Source: an uncultured delta proteobacterium (lineage in GTDB: Bacteria; Desulfobacterota; Desulfobaccia; Desulfobaccales; Desulfobaccaceae). Taken from it: a stretch of DNA of 64,000 nucleotides. The position numbers and the translations under genes are program-made. This document shows positions 20,924 to 30,570 of the stretch, in pieces (the stretch's first letter is position 1; each line of letters opens with the position of its first letter). The notes below the pieces were generated by a model, which saw nothing but the letters and a program-made list of their open reading frames with translations, was not told the origin of the DNA and did no database searches. The stretch is taken from assembly GCA_963705135.1 (NCBI GenBank), contig CAVPJB010000014.1, positions 68,816 to 132,815 on the forward strand, given 5' to 3'.

Positions 20924-21022
20924 TATACCGCTTGCCAAAAATTCTGCCCTTTATTTTCCCCTCGCCCCTCGAGGGGAGAGGGTCAGGGTGAGGGGTGAGA
21001 CAACAATTTTGGCAACGACTAC
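20924..21022 (+). repeat. ~100-bp MITE-like dispersed element, copy 1
   Basis: TIR TTGCCAAAA...TTTTGGCAA with TA-containing ends; internal CCCCTCGAGGGG palindrome; similar to the reverse complement of 61384-61487. Confidence 0.8.
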
Positions 21023-21047
21023 TCCCCTCTCCACCCCCTTTCAGGTA

Positions 21048-21080
21048 AAAAAGCAGGGTCTTTTTAAACCCTGCTTTTTT
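21048..21080. terminator. Bidirectional intrinsic terminator
   Basis: AAAAAGCAGGGT...ACCCTGCTTTTTT between convergent genes. Confidence 0.8.
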
Positions 21081-21102
21081 CTTGTTCGGGAATAAGTCCG
21101 GA

Positions 21103-21831
21103 TTACCGGCAATTGCGGCAGATGAAGTAGCGCTCCACGGGGTCACCAGTTAGTTTGGCCCAGTATTCCAGTTGGGCCATGGGAGCAATATAGTTGCCAC
21201 AGGTTTCGCAGGCAAGCAACTCAAAATCCCGCCCCCAGATGGTGCGGATGCCGTTCTTTTCGGTGTATGGGATGACGTTGTTCGGGCAGATGAAGGCGCA
21301 GGAACCGCAGCCGATGCAAGCGTCGGATTTTTCTTTAAAGGGTGTGGCCACTTGTTTGTCCGGGGTGCGATTGGCCATGCTGATGGCGCTGACCCCGACG
21401 ATATCACGGCAGGTGCGGACGCACAGACCGCAGAGGATGCAGAGTTCCTCGGGGTCTTCGGTTTTAAACCGGGATTCCGTGACGCCCAACTCTGCGGCCA
21501 TTGTTTGGATGAGTTTGGCTTTGGGAGTGCGGGCCAGCAATAATTCCAAAACCAGACGGCGGGCCTCCAGGACTTTTTCGGAATGGGTCTGCACCGTCAG
21601 GCCTTTTTCTGCCGGATAGGTGCAGGAGTTAACCAGTCTGGTGCGGGGCCAGTCACCGATTTCCACCAGACAAAGGCGGCACTGGCCCTCGGGTTTCAAA
21701 TCAGGGTGATAACAGAGGGTGGGAATATCTATGTCGAGTTGCCGGGCGGCGGTAAGAATTGTTGTGCCTACGGGCACTTTGACGTAGAGACCGTTAATGA
21801 GAAGACTGACTTCCCCCATGATAAGCTCCAA
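21103..21831 (-). CDS. Short NuoG/HydA-N-like Fe-S protein (2Fe-2S + 2x4Fe-4S), no catalytic domain
   Basis: IPTLCYH...CRLCLVE...NSC; CILCGLCVRTC; CIGCGSCAFICP; C-terminal CETC...CRNC. Confidence 0.88.
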   Translation of the reverse strand: MELIMGEVSLLINGLYVKVPVGTTILTAARQLDIDIPTLCYHPDLKPEGQCRLCLVEIGDWPRTRLVNSCTYPAEKGLTVQTHSEKVLEARRLVLELLLARTPKAKLIQTMAAELGVTESRFKTEDPEELCILCGLCVRTCRDIVGVSAISMANRTPDKQVATPFKEKSDACIGCGSCAFICPNNVIPYTEKNGIRTIWGRDFELLACETCGNYIAPMAQLEYWAKLTGDPVERYFICRNCR

Positions 21832-21844
21832 TTTCTGAAGAAAA

Positions 21845-23698
21845 TTACTCTACCAAGACGGCATCAAACTGGCAGGCGTCATGACAAAGGCCGCACTTGA
21901 TGCAGATTTCCTGATCGACTACTTGAGGTTCCTTTTTGGGGCCGCTAATGGCGCCCACCGGGCATTCCCGGACACAGGCCAGGCAGCTGGTGCACTCATT
22001 GGGATCAATGAGGTACTTGAGCAGCGGTCGGCAGACCAGGGCCGGGCATTTTTTCTCCCGGATATGCTTTTCGTATTCCTCCCGGAAATATTTCATGGTG
22101 CTCAGGACCGGATTGGCAGCACTCTGACCCAAGCCGCAAAGGGAGGCGGAGGCCATGGTCCGGCACAGATCGTCCATCAGAGCCAGATGGCTTTCTTCAC
22201 CTTTGCCGCTGGTGATATCGGTTAAAATGGCCAGCATCTGCTTCAGGCCTTCCCGGCAGGGGGTGCATTTGCCACAGGATTCTTCCACCAAAAATGAGAT
22301 GAAATAGCGGGCGACATCCACCATACAGTTATGGCTGTCCATAACGATCATGCCGCCGGAGCCCATGATAGAGCCGACCTGCTGGAGGCTGTCGTAATCC
22401 ACCGGCAGGTCTAAAAATTGGCTGGGAATACAACCGCCCGAGGGACCGCCGGTCTGCACGGCTTTGAACTCCCGGTTATTGGGGATGCCGCCGCCCAGTT
22501 CGAAGATAATCTGGCGCAGGGAAGTGCCCATGGGCACCTCCACCAGGCCGGTGTTATTGACGGCGCCCACCAGAGAAAAGACCTTGGTGCCTTTGCTCTG
22601 TTGGGTGCCCATGGCGGCGAACCATTCCGGCCCCATATTGATGATTTCAGGGACATTGGCCCAGGTTTCCACGTTGTTGATGACTGTGGGCAGGCCGAAC
22701 AGTCCGGCTTGGACCGGATAGGGTGGGCGGGGCATGGGTTCGCCGATCTTGCCTTCGATGGAGGCAATCAGGGCGGTTTCCTCCCCGCAAACAAAGGCGC
22801 CGGCGCCCTGGCTGATTTTTATGTCAAAGTTAAAGTTAGAGCGCAGGATTTTGTTGCCCAGAAAGCCGAATTCCCGGGCCTGCTCCACGGCTTTATGCAG
22901 CCGTTTGACAGCCAGGGGGTATTCATGACGGACATAAATATAACCCCGCAAGGCCCCAATGGCATAGGCGCCGATGATCATCCCTTCGATAACGGCGTGG
23001 GGATCACCCTCCATAACGGCCCGGTCCATAAAAGCCCCGGGGTCGCCTTCGTCGCCGTTGCAGATGATAAATTTAACCTCTCCGGCAGCTTCCCGGCAAA
23101 GGCGCCATTTGCGGCCGGTGAGGAAGCCGCCGCCGCCCCGGCCGCGCAGGCCTGAGTGTTCCACGGCATCAATGACCTGCTCCGGAGTCATCCCAAAGAG
23201 AATTTTGCGCAACGTCCGGTAACCGCCGAAGGCCAGGTAGTCATCCAGGCTTTCGGGGTCGATGATATCCAATTTGCGCAGGACCAAAGGATTTTGAGCT
23301 TTGTAAAAGGGAATATCCCCCTTATGGGGGCAGGTCTCGTGGCTTTCGGGGTCCTGATACAGGAGACGCTCCACCAAACCGCCGTTCAAAAGGGTGGTTT
23401 CCACGATCTCCGGCACATCTTCGGGAGTAACCTTCTGATAGGTAATTTCCTGGGGCCGGATGAGGACGCGCACACCGTGGGAGCAAAGGCCGTGACAGCC
23501 GGTGGTCTTTAACAGGACTTTGCCGGCGATGTCTTTGGCTGCCATTTCGGTCTGAAAGGCGGCGGCAAGTTCTTCACTTCCCAGGGGCAGGCAACCGGGT
23601 CCACCGCAGACCAGCACTTGCAGCTGCTTCGGATCACGTTTGGCTCTAACCTGGCGCCGATATTCCGTAAGGTGGTCAACTGATTCAATGATGGGCAT
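21845..23698 (-). CDS. NuoF/HydB-like FMN/NADH-binding subunit with N-terminal 2Fe-2S and C-terminal 2x4Fe-4S
   Basis: SGLRGRGGGGF, CNGDEGDPGAFMDR, GAFVCGEETAL, GGPSGGC, SCGKCTPCREG, HIREKKCPALVC, two CxxCxxCxxxC. Confidence 0.93.
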   Translation of the reverse strand: MPIIESVDHLTEYRRQVRAKRDPKQLQVLVCGGPGCLPLGSEELAAAFQTEMAAKDIAGKVLLKTTGCHGLCSHGVRVLIRPQEITYQKVTPEDVPEIVETTLLNGGLVERLLYQDPESHETCPHKGDIPFYKAQNPLVLRKLDIIDPESLDDYLAFGGYRTLRKILFGMTPEQVIDAVEHSGLRGRGGGGFLTGRKWRLCREAAGEVKFIICNGDEGDPGAFMDRAVMEGDPHAVIEGMIIGAYAIGALRGYIYVRHEYPLAVKRLHKAVEQAREFGFLGNKILRSNFNFDIKISQGAGAFVCGEETALIASIEGKIGEPMPRPPYPVQAGLFGLPTVINNVETWANVPEIINMGPEWFAAMGTQQSKGTKVFSLVGAVNNTGLVEVPMGTSLRQIIFELGGGIPNNREFKAVQTGGPSGGCIPSQFLDLPVDYDSLQQVGSIMGSGGMIVMDSHNCMVDVARYFISFLVEESCGKCTPCREGLKQMLAILTDITSGKGEESHLALMDDLCRTMASASLCGLGQSAANPVLSTMKYFREEYEKHIREKKCPALVCRPLLKYLIDPNECTSCLACVRECPVGAISGPKKEPQVVDQEICIKCGLCHDACQFDAVLVE

Positions 23699-23788
23699 AG
23701 GTCGTTCTCATTTTATCAGGCAAGTGGCCGGGCATCCCAGGCATGCAAAGAAATCGTCTTTCCCCCACCCGGCGTCGGCCGCCATCGC

Positions 23789-24244
23789 CTATTTCTGATA
23801 TGTTTTTATAATCTTGGGAACTTTATCCACAGTTACCCTGGCGTAATAGGTGTCATCGATCATCATCACCGGGGCTTGGGCGCAGGAACCCAGACAGCCC
23901 ACAGTTTCCAGGGTGAAGCTCATGTCCTTGGTGGTGTAGCCGATATCAACTCCCAGACGGTGGCTGACGGATTCGGCCAGTCGCTGACCACCCTTCAAGT
24001 GGCAGGTAGTGCCCAGGCAGACACGGCAGATATGCTCCCCTTTAGGCACCAGACTGAACATTTTATAGAAAGTAGCCACACTGTAAATTTGGGTCAGCGG
24101 CACATTCAGGCGTTCGGCCACGACCTTGATTTCATCTTTAGGGAGATAATTGTAGAGGTCCTGTAATTCTTGGAGGACCGGGATAAGATCAGCCGGCAAG
24201 CCGTCAAAACGGGATAGGATACCATCTAAACGTTCGAGGTCCAT
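23789..24244 (-). CDS. NuoE/HydC-like 2Fe-2S subunit
   Basis: VATFYKMF, VCLGTTCHLKG, VGCLGSCAQAPVM. Confidence 0.93.
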   Translation of the reverse strand: MDLERLDGILSRFDGLPADLIPVLQELQDLYNYLPKDEIKVVAERLNVPLTQIYSVATFYKMFSLVPKGEHICRVCLGTTCHLKGGQRLAESVSHRLGVDIGYTTKDMSFTLETVGCLGSCAQAPVMMIDDTYYARVTVDKVPKIIKTYQK

Positions 24245-25233
24245 TAGTCACCTTCCTCAGAGGGAGCAAGCGAAGGAAATTCCGGATAGGCGGCTTCGCA
24301 TTTTTTCAATAACAGTTCATAACGCTCTTGAGTCTGCTGCTGGATGAAATTGACTTCCGGTTCCCGCAGATGGCGGAAGCGGCCCTGGGGTTTGAGATAG
24401 TCTTTTATAGGCCGAATTTTCGGCACTTCCATGGTGAGGTGATAGCGGCCATCGATTACTTCGTAGAGGGGAAAGACCCCGGTTTCCACAGCCAGGCGGC
24501 CCAACCGGACGCTCATGTCGGTGGCGGAGCGCCAACCGGTAGGGCAGACCGAGAGGATACTAATATAGGCTGGCCCAGGAGTTTCAATGGCCTTCTTGAC
24601 TTTAAAATAAAGGTCAAAGGGATAGCTGGGGCTGGCGGTGGCGACATAAGGAATCCCATGAGCCACGGCAATGGCCACCATGTTCTTCTTCCAGGTGCTC
24701 TGGCCGATGCTTCGTTTCCCAGGAGGCGAAGTAGTGGTCATGGCACCGAAGGGGGTGGCACTGGAGCGCTGGATGCCGGTATTCATGTAGGCTTCGTTAT
24801 CCCAGCAGATGTAAGTAAAGTTGTGGTTTCGTTCCAAGGCCCCGGAAAGGGACTGGAGACCGATATCGCTCGTGGCGCCGTCTCCACCCATAGCCACGAC
24901 TTTGGGAAGGGTGGCTAGTTTGCCTTTGCGCTGCAGAATGCGTAAGGCGGTTTCGATCCCAGAGGCCACTGCGGAGGTATTTTCGAAGGCCACGTGGATC
25001 CAAGGATGCATCCAGGCAGTTTGGGGAAAGCCTGAAGAGACAATTTCCATACACCCGGTGGCGTGGGCAATAATGGCGTCTTTTCCTATGGCTTTGCAGA
25101 CCCAGCGGACTGCCAAAGCTTCCCCGCATCCTTGACAGGAACGATGGCCCGAAGTAAAAAACTCTTCCCGGGGCATCAGACGGGAGGCGTAAACATCATA
25201 TTTTTGGCTGTTAGCCACACCGAACTTTTCCAT
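24244..25233 (-). CDS. porB: Pyruvate/2-oxoacid:ferredoxin oxidoreductase beta (TPP-binding) subunit
   Basis: GHRSCQGCG, ATGCME, GGDGAT...DNEAYMNTGIQRS, CPTGW. Confidence 0.92.
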   Translation of the reverse strand: MEKFGVANSQKYDVYASRLMPREEFFTSGHRSCQGCGEALAVRWVCKAIGKDAIIAHATGCMEIVSSGFPQTAWMHPWIHVAFENTSAVASGIETALRILQRKGKLATLPKVVAMGGDGATSDIGLQSLSGALERNHNFTYICWDNEAYMNTGIQRSSATPFGAMTTTSPPGKRSIGQSTWKKNMVAIAVAHGIPYVATASPSYPFDLYFKVKKAIETPGPAYISILSVCPTGWRSATDMSVRLGRLAVETGVFPLYEVIDGRYHLTMEVPKIRPIKDYLKPQGRFRHLREPEVNFIQQQTQERYELLLKKCEAAYPEFPSLAPSEEGD

Positions 25234-26408
25234 CAACCTCTAACTCCATACAGATAAAATTCCTGGGTGGGTCCCCGGTCGCTCTCTTCTTTGGCCTGGG
25301 TGAGGATTTCTTTAAAAGCTTCAGGGGAAACATCCCGACCTCCCAAGCCAATGATGAATCCCAGCATCTGGGGACGGCTGGCCAAGGGATAAAAAGTGCT
25401 TCTGAGTTCCGCCAGCACCGGGGGAGCTGCTCCTCCAGGAGACAAAGCGCGATCACAAACTATCACCAGGTCTGCTCCAGCCAGGGCTTGCCGCAGGTCG
25501 GCGAAGGGGAAGGGGCGCCAGAGGCGTAATTTAACCAGACCCACCGATTCGCCGGCGGCCTGGAGCTCGTCCACGGCAATTTCAGCCACTTCACTGAGGC
25601 AACCCATCGTAAGAAAGAGAATTTTGGCGCCGTCGGTCTTGTAACGCTCCACTGGCTGATACTGTCGTCCGGTTAAGTTGCCCCACTCTCGCCAAACCTT
25701 GGTGATATGTTCATAAGAATTCATTAGCGTCACCTGATGCTTCATTTTCACTTCGGTATAGATTTCGGGCATGGCGAAGGCGCCCATGGTGACGGGACTC
25801 CTCGGGTCCAAGCGGTGGCGGGGAAGGTAGTCGGATAAAAATTTGTCCACCATCTCCTGGTCGACGAAATTGAAAGCTTCCACCACATGGGTGAGAATAA
25901 AGCCGTCCATATTGATAATAGTAGGTAGGAGCACATTGCCGTTCTCAGCGATCTTAAAGGCCATGACGGAGTGATCGAAGGCTTCCTGACCGTTTTCCAC
26001 AAAAATTTGGATCCAGCCGATATCCTTGGCCGCCATGATGTCGCTATGGTCGTTCCAGATACTCAAGGGACCGGAGAGGGCTCGATTGGCCACGGTCATG
26101 ACAATAGGAAGACGCAGAGCCGAGGCGATAAATAAAATTTCATGCATGAGGGCCAGCCCCTGGGAACTGGTGGCCGTGTATGTGCGGGCCCCGGCGGCAG
26201 ACATGCCGATACAGGCGCTTATGGCCGAGTGTTCAGACTCGACATTGATAAATTCAGCTTCTAATTCTCCATTGGCCACCATGGAAGAGAGATGTTCCAC
26301 AATATGGGTCTGAGGAGTAATGGGGTAGGCGGCGATGGCCTCGGCCCTGGCAAGTTGCACCGCATGGCTGACGGCGATTGAAACTTCCATACCTGTTCGG
26401 TGGCCCAT
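25233..26408 (-). CDS. porA: Pyruvate/2-oxoacid:ferredoxin oxidoreductase alpha subunit
   Basis: AAYPITPQTHIVE, VESEHSA, TATSSQGL, LRLWRPFP, GLGGRD. Confidence 0.93.
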   Translation of the reverse strand: MGHRTGMEVSIAVSHAVQLARAEAIAAYPITPQTHIVEHLSSMVANGELEAEFINVESEHSAISACIGMSAAGARTYTATSSQGLALMHEILFIASALRLPIVMTVANRALSGPLSIWNDHSDIMAAKDIGWIQIFVENGQEAFDHSVMAFKIAENGNVLLPTIINMDGFILTHVVEAFNFVDQEMVDKFLSDYLPRHRLDPRSPVTMGAFAMPEIYTEVKMKHQVTLMNSYEHITKVWREWGNLTGRQYQPVERYKTDGAKILFLTMGCLSEVAEIAVDELQAAGESVGLVKLRLWRPFPFADLRQALAGADLVIVCDRALSPGGAAPPVLAELRSTFYPLASRPQMLGFIIGLGGRDVSPEAFKEILTQAKEESDRGPTQEFYLYGVRG

Positions 26409-26701
26409 TATTCCTCCTCCGGTACCATGCTGATGCAGCCGGTGACGCATTCCCGGGCACAGATGCCGCACCCTTTACAATAATTGGGATCCATATCGAA
26501 ATAGCCCCCCGGTTCCTCGATGATGGCGGGTTCAGGGCAGACGGTCCAACAGACTCCACAGCGAATACAGCGGCTTTTAGTCCAAACCGGATGTTGCGAA
26601 CGCCAATCGCCGGTGCGGTAGTCCCGGGCGCTGCCGGGGGTTCGGAGGAGTGCCCCCAGCTCGATTTCCTGCCAGGTCATTTGATCTAATGGTTTGCTCA
26701 C
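26408..26701 (-). CDS. porD: 2-oxoacid:ferredoxin oxidoreductase delta (2x4Fe-4S) subunit
   Basis: TGDWRSQHP, CIRCGVCWTVCP, YCKGCGICAREC. Confidence 0.93.
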   Translation of the reverse strand: MSKPLDQMTWQEIELGALLRTPGSARDYRTGDWRSQHPVWTKSRCIRCGVCWTVCPEPAIIEEPGGYFDMDPNYCKGCGICARECVTGCISMVPEEE

Positions 26702-27255
26702 GATTTGGCTTCCTCCACCACAGTTTTGTCATAGGCTTCCTGAAGGGCGGCAGTATTCTTTGCGGCCATCGGTCCAAAACGTTCCTTTAAAGGTCCAATC
26801 ATGGAATCCACCTTGACGGCGCCGGTAGCCCGGAGCAAAGCGCCCAACATGGTAGTATTGGTAATGGGCACGCCCAAAACCTGCTTGGCGATCAGATTGG
26901 CGTCAACCACCGCCACGGTATGCGTAAAACCGAATTCCCGGCGGGTATCGGCAATGGACTTGTTCGTGTTCAAGACGATGACGCCACCCGGCTTGAGGTC
27001 AGCGGCAGGGTTTTGAATTCGGATTAAGCTGGGGTCAAGAATAAGCACCACATCGGGGTGGGCGATTTTACAGCGCAGGCGGATATGCCGGTCGTCGATG
27101 CGCAGAAAGGCCAATACCGGGGCGCCTCGGCGTTCAGGGCCGAAGCTCGGAAAGCCCTGAGCGAACTTGCCTTCCTCGATGGCGGCCATGGCCAGGAGTT
27201 CTACCGAGGTTACGGCTCCTTGTCCCCCCCGCCCGTGAAAGCGGATTTCTAACAT
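26698..27255 (-). CDS. porC: 2-oxoacid:ferredoxin oxidoreductase gamma subunit
   Basis: EIRFHGRGGQGAVT, FPSFGPERRGAPV, NTTMLGA. Confidence 0.93.
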   Translation of the reverse strand: MLEIRFHGRGGQGAVTSVELLAMAAIEEGKFAQGFPSFGPERRGAPVLAFLRIDDRHIRLRCKIAHPDVVLILDPSLIRIQNPAADLKPGGVIVLNTNKSIADTRREFGFTHTVAVVDANLIAKQVLGVPITNTTMLGALLRATGAVKVDSMIGPLKERFGPMAAKNTAALQEAYDKTVVEEAKS

Positions 27256-27647
27256 GAATATGACCCTCGTTCCATAAGGTTTGCAAGCAGCACGGTCCCG
27301 GACGATTGAGAGAACTGAGGCCAGGGAGTGTCAGCTTGTAGTTTTTTTTCCTTACCGAGTAATTTTATCTGATTATTTTTGTTCCACAATATTTTTTAAT
27401 CGCCAAGAATGGAATTTGTTTTGAGGGCGCCGCAATCAACTTAAATTATTTAAAATAATTTGGCTGCAAAGCCATTGTGTCAGTAAAATCACAATAAATA
27501 CTACAAGGAGGGGGTTTCTTGAAACAAACATTATCGATTCAATGGAGTTGAATTATTTTTAACATTTGAGATTTTTTTCACTTGACTTGGATTGCCTTTT
27601 TAATTCATATTAGATAGCGGTTAAAAATGTGCTAAGAGTGGAGTAAA

Positions 27648-27854
27648 GTGCAAATGGCGGCTTTGAGAAACATGGGGGTCATGTGCATTAACGGGGAAAT
27701 ACAGGGAGTTTGCCAGAATTGCCTCTGGTTGGAATGGAATCCGGAACTTAAAAGATGCACCAACGCTAATACTTGTTTTTGCCCCGGGCGGCAGGAAGAG
27801 CATTTGTTCAACATTGAATCCTTCTACCCGGCGTATTGTATGTTAAAAAATTGA
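27648..27854 (+). CDS. Possible small Cys-rich protein
   Basis: 68 aa with 7 Cys (CQNC, CFC); GGAG upstream; fills the gap between the por promoter and nfi. Confidence 0.35.
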   Translation: MQMAALRNMGVMCINGEIQGVCQNCLWLEWNPELKRCTNANTCFCPGRQEEHLFNIESFYPAYCMLKN

Positions 27855-27862
27855 CTTTCATT

Positions 27863-28552
27863 TTAGGTTCGGCACTGATTGCCCGCATGCCGACGTAACA
27901 TATTACTTAAGAGGTGGGCTTCCCGCAAAGGGAGCGGTAGCCGATATTTTCCCAGGCATTGACGGATTAAGTCAAGGGATTCGTTTAACGTGATCAAATG
28001 GCCTGGGGAGATGAACAATGGCCGGCACCTGTGCCGAGACCGCAAGACCCAACCTATCTTTTCATCCTGCCAAGTGAGGGGAGAAAAACTCCCTGCTCCT
28101 GATCCTAACTGACTAAAAATGCCAATTAAGTGGCTTTTGGCGCAGCCAATAGTCGGAATCCCAACCAAGAGACCCAGATGTGCGGCCAACCCTACCCCCC
28201 GGGGATGGGCGATACCCTGACCGTCCACGAGAATGACCTCGGGTCGGTGCCTGGTTTTTTTCAGGGCGGCAAGCAGAATAGGCGCCTCCCGGAAGCTGAG
28301 CAAACCGGGAATATAGGGAAAGCTTTCCTGTCCGCAGACGCCTACAGATTCAATAATGGCCAGTTCCGGCAGGGACATGACTACTACAGCGCCAAACAAT
28401 TTCTGGTCTTTGGGGGCGTACGCAGCGTCCACGCCAGCCACCAACCGGGGTGGAGCAGGGAGAGGCTGCAGGATTACCTGAGACCTCAGGCGCCACTGAC
28501 ACTCGAGGGCCTCAGCATAGGTTCGGGGCCATAAGGCCTGGGAGTCAGTCAT
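27863..28552 (-). CDS. nfi: Endonuclease V
   Basis: VAGVDAAY, FPYIPGLLSFRE, LVDGQGIAHPR, TIGCAKS, LFISPGH. Confidence 0.95.
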   Translation of the reverse strand: MTDSQALWPRTYAEALECQWRLRSQVILQPLPAPPRLVAGVDAAYAPKDQKLFGAVVVMSLPELAIIESVGVCGQESFPYIPGLLSFREAPILLAALKKTRHRPEVILVDGQGIAHPRGVGLAAHLGLLVGIPTIGCAKSHLIGIFSQLGSGAGSFSPLTWQDEKIGWVLRSRHRCRPLFISPGHLITLNESLDLIRQCLGKYRLPLPLREAHLLSNMLRRHAGNQCRT

Positions 28553-29828
28553 GGCGAGGCTCTCGCACCAGTTCGGCGCTATAACTGAAAGCCCCCTCCC
28601 GCCGCCGCCACCTACCTCGTTGTTTTTCTAAAATCCAGCCGCTGTCTTTTTTGCCGCCAAAGGGCAGACGCAAAGGTGTAAAAGTAAAATCAGGGTTGAG
28701 GTAAACCATGCCGAAGGTACGTTGTAAAAGTTCTAATCCTTCGGCAGGGGGCGACCCGAACAGGGAAACACTAAAGGGATACCGGGTACGGAGGGCCCGG
28801 GTGATAGCGTCCGCTCCGTCTGAGACTTTAATTAAAGCCAAAAAAGGGCCGAACATTTCCAGATCGGGGACATCGGCGACCTCGCAGATAATGGGCCTGA
28901 TCAGTTCTGCCTCGAAATTTGGCGGCTGGAGATACCGGGGGCTGGATAAGCGGCGGAGGGCTTCCTGAAGGAGGATGCGGGTGCGTTGGACTTTTATGGG
29001 GCCGATCCAGACCTCGGGGTCCTGGGGGTCTCCGACTTTGAGGCCGGGAATGAGATCCAGGAGAGCACTCTTTACGGCGTCATAAATTGGGGCGGCAATA
29101 TAGGCTTTTTTTATGGTGGTGCAATATTGGCCGCCGTTGATGAAGGCGCGGCGGACCAGGTAGCGGGTCGCTGGTTCCACTGGGCTGTCGGCGCCGAGGA
29201 TGGCCGCAGGCATGCCGCTGGGCCCGGCAAAAAAAAGTTTTTCAAAGGCAACTGCCTGGGATGCATAAAGTCTGCCGACATCGCTCCCACCGGAAATAAA
29301 AAAGGCCTGCACCGCCGGATCGGCAATACAGGCGGCCCCAAACTTCCGGTTATCCAAGCCCACAACGGGCTGCAAGGGTTCAAAAGACTGCAGTAGTTCA
29401 GTCAATAGCCGAGCCACATGAGGTGTCTGGGAAGAAAAACTGAAACGGAAGATATTGCCGCCCAAAACCGCGGCGCCTCCCACCCGGGCCAGCATCACCG
29501 GAACAGCGTCGTAAGGGAAAATAGCACCGACAGTGCCGTAAGGAGCTTTACCCAGGACGTGGGGGACGTCTTTAATCATGGTTTGCAAATGTTCTACCGC
29601 CAGCTGTACTTCGATGCCGGCGATGGTGCAGGGAGTGCCGCTGTCATCTCCAGCGGCGGCCACCAAAGCGTCTTGATGGGCTCCCAGGACAGCGCCTAAA
29701 GATGACAGCAGGTTGAGTCTGGCTGTAACTTCAGAGGGAATCGCTTGATCTTCTTTAGGCAGATTGTTTTGATGGGCTTTAGCATCCAAGGGCATTTCCT
29801 TAAGGTATGGTGTTGGGTTCTGGTCCAA
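28545..29828 (-). CDS. Aldehyde dehydrogenase-family protein (divergent)
   Basis: AFINGGQYCT (catalytic Cys), VGDP...IGP, EMFGP, PFGGKKDSG. Confidence 0.82.
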   Translation of the reverse strand: MDQNPTPYLKEMPLDAKAHQNNLPKEDQAIPSEVTARLNLLSSLGAVLGAHQDALVAAAGDDSGTPCTIAGIEVQLAVEHLQTMIKDVPHVLGKAPYGTVGAIFPYDAVPVMLARVGGAAVLGGNIFRFSFSSQTPHVARLLTELLQSFEPLQPVVGLDNRKFGAACIADPAVQAFFISGGSDVGRLYASQAVAFEKLFFAGPSGMPAAILGADSPVEPATRYLVRRAFINGGQYCTTIKKAYIAAPIYDAVKSALLDLIPGLKVGDPQDPEVWIGPIKVQRTRILLQEALRRLSSPRYLQPPNFEAELIRPIICEVADVPDLEMFGPFLALIKVSDGADAITRALRTRYPFSVSLFGSPPAEGLELLQRTFGMVYLNPDFTFTPLRLPFGGKKDSGWILEKQRGRWRRREGAFSYSAELVREPRHD

Positions 29829-29914
29829 CTGTGGCCGAAGGGGCCGTTATTTTTTGTTTTTTCATCTAGATTACTATAAAATGGCAGCAACGGGCAAGAG
29901 TTGGCGCATCAAAA

Positions 29915-30553
29915 GTGAGGTCGGAGTTGCTCTTTTTACTCTGGATCAGCGGCTTGGCGGCGTTTTGGGTGGGCGGGCTGTTGGCGCAAATCAACGGTTA
30001 CCCGTTGAAGATCACCCAAAGCTTGGGAGCGGCTTTGATTTTGGCTTTGGGACAAAGTGCCTTGGTCTGGCGACTCCGGTGGGGCCGGGAACTGATCGGC
30101 GGTTTGTTTCTGGGTTTTTTGCCAGCTTACCTGGGTTTTTATCTCCAGAGCCATCACTGGGTCAGTGAATTATTTATTTTGGGCTTGATGCTGAGTTTTG
30201 CCAGCTTTAATACTTTGCAGGCTCAGAGATGGCAGCAAGAATGGTCGGTGACAGCTGCCGGAGCAACAGACCTGCATCCGAATGCCGTACGCAGGGGTTT
30301 AGTTTTTACCCTGGTGAATACTCTGCTTATCATCGGTTTGCTTTTAGTCTGGTATTTCCCGCCGACACCAATGCCGGGACGGGGGGGAGCCTGGGTCCTG
30401 GTGGCGGCGGCGGTACTGAGTCAGGAGTTTATTAAAAGGAAATATTATGCCTCTTTTCGGGGCAGTACAATTCTGGCCTGGACGACGGCAGCCTTTCAGG
30501 CCGGACTCAGCCTGTGGCTGTTGGCGGTTCTCTACCTGAGAGGGCAGGGTTGA
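29915..30553 (+). CDS. Hypothetical multi-pass membrane protein
   Basis: 212-aa ORF with about 7 hydrophobic segments, co-oriented with birA. Confidence 0.65.
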   Translation: MRSELLFLLWISGLAAFWVGGLLAQINGYPLKITQSLGAALILALGQSALVWRLRWGRELIGGLFLGFLPAYLGFYLQSHHWVSELFILGLMLSFASFNTLQAQRWQQEWSVTAAGATDLHPNAVRRGLVFTLVNTLLIIGLLLVWYFPPTPMPGRGGAWVLVAAAVLSQEFIKRKYYASFRGSTILAWTTAAFQAGLSLWLLAVLYLRGQG

Positions 30554-30570
30554 ACTAATCAATTAAAGTT

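Noticed and set aside
27476-27495. Rex/CRP-type box (TTGTG-N10-CACAA) upstream of por
   Set aside because: Arm spacing does not match Rex (18 bp) or CRP/FNR consensus, and the AT-rich context makes chance likely
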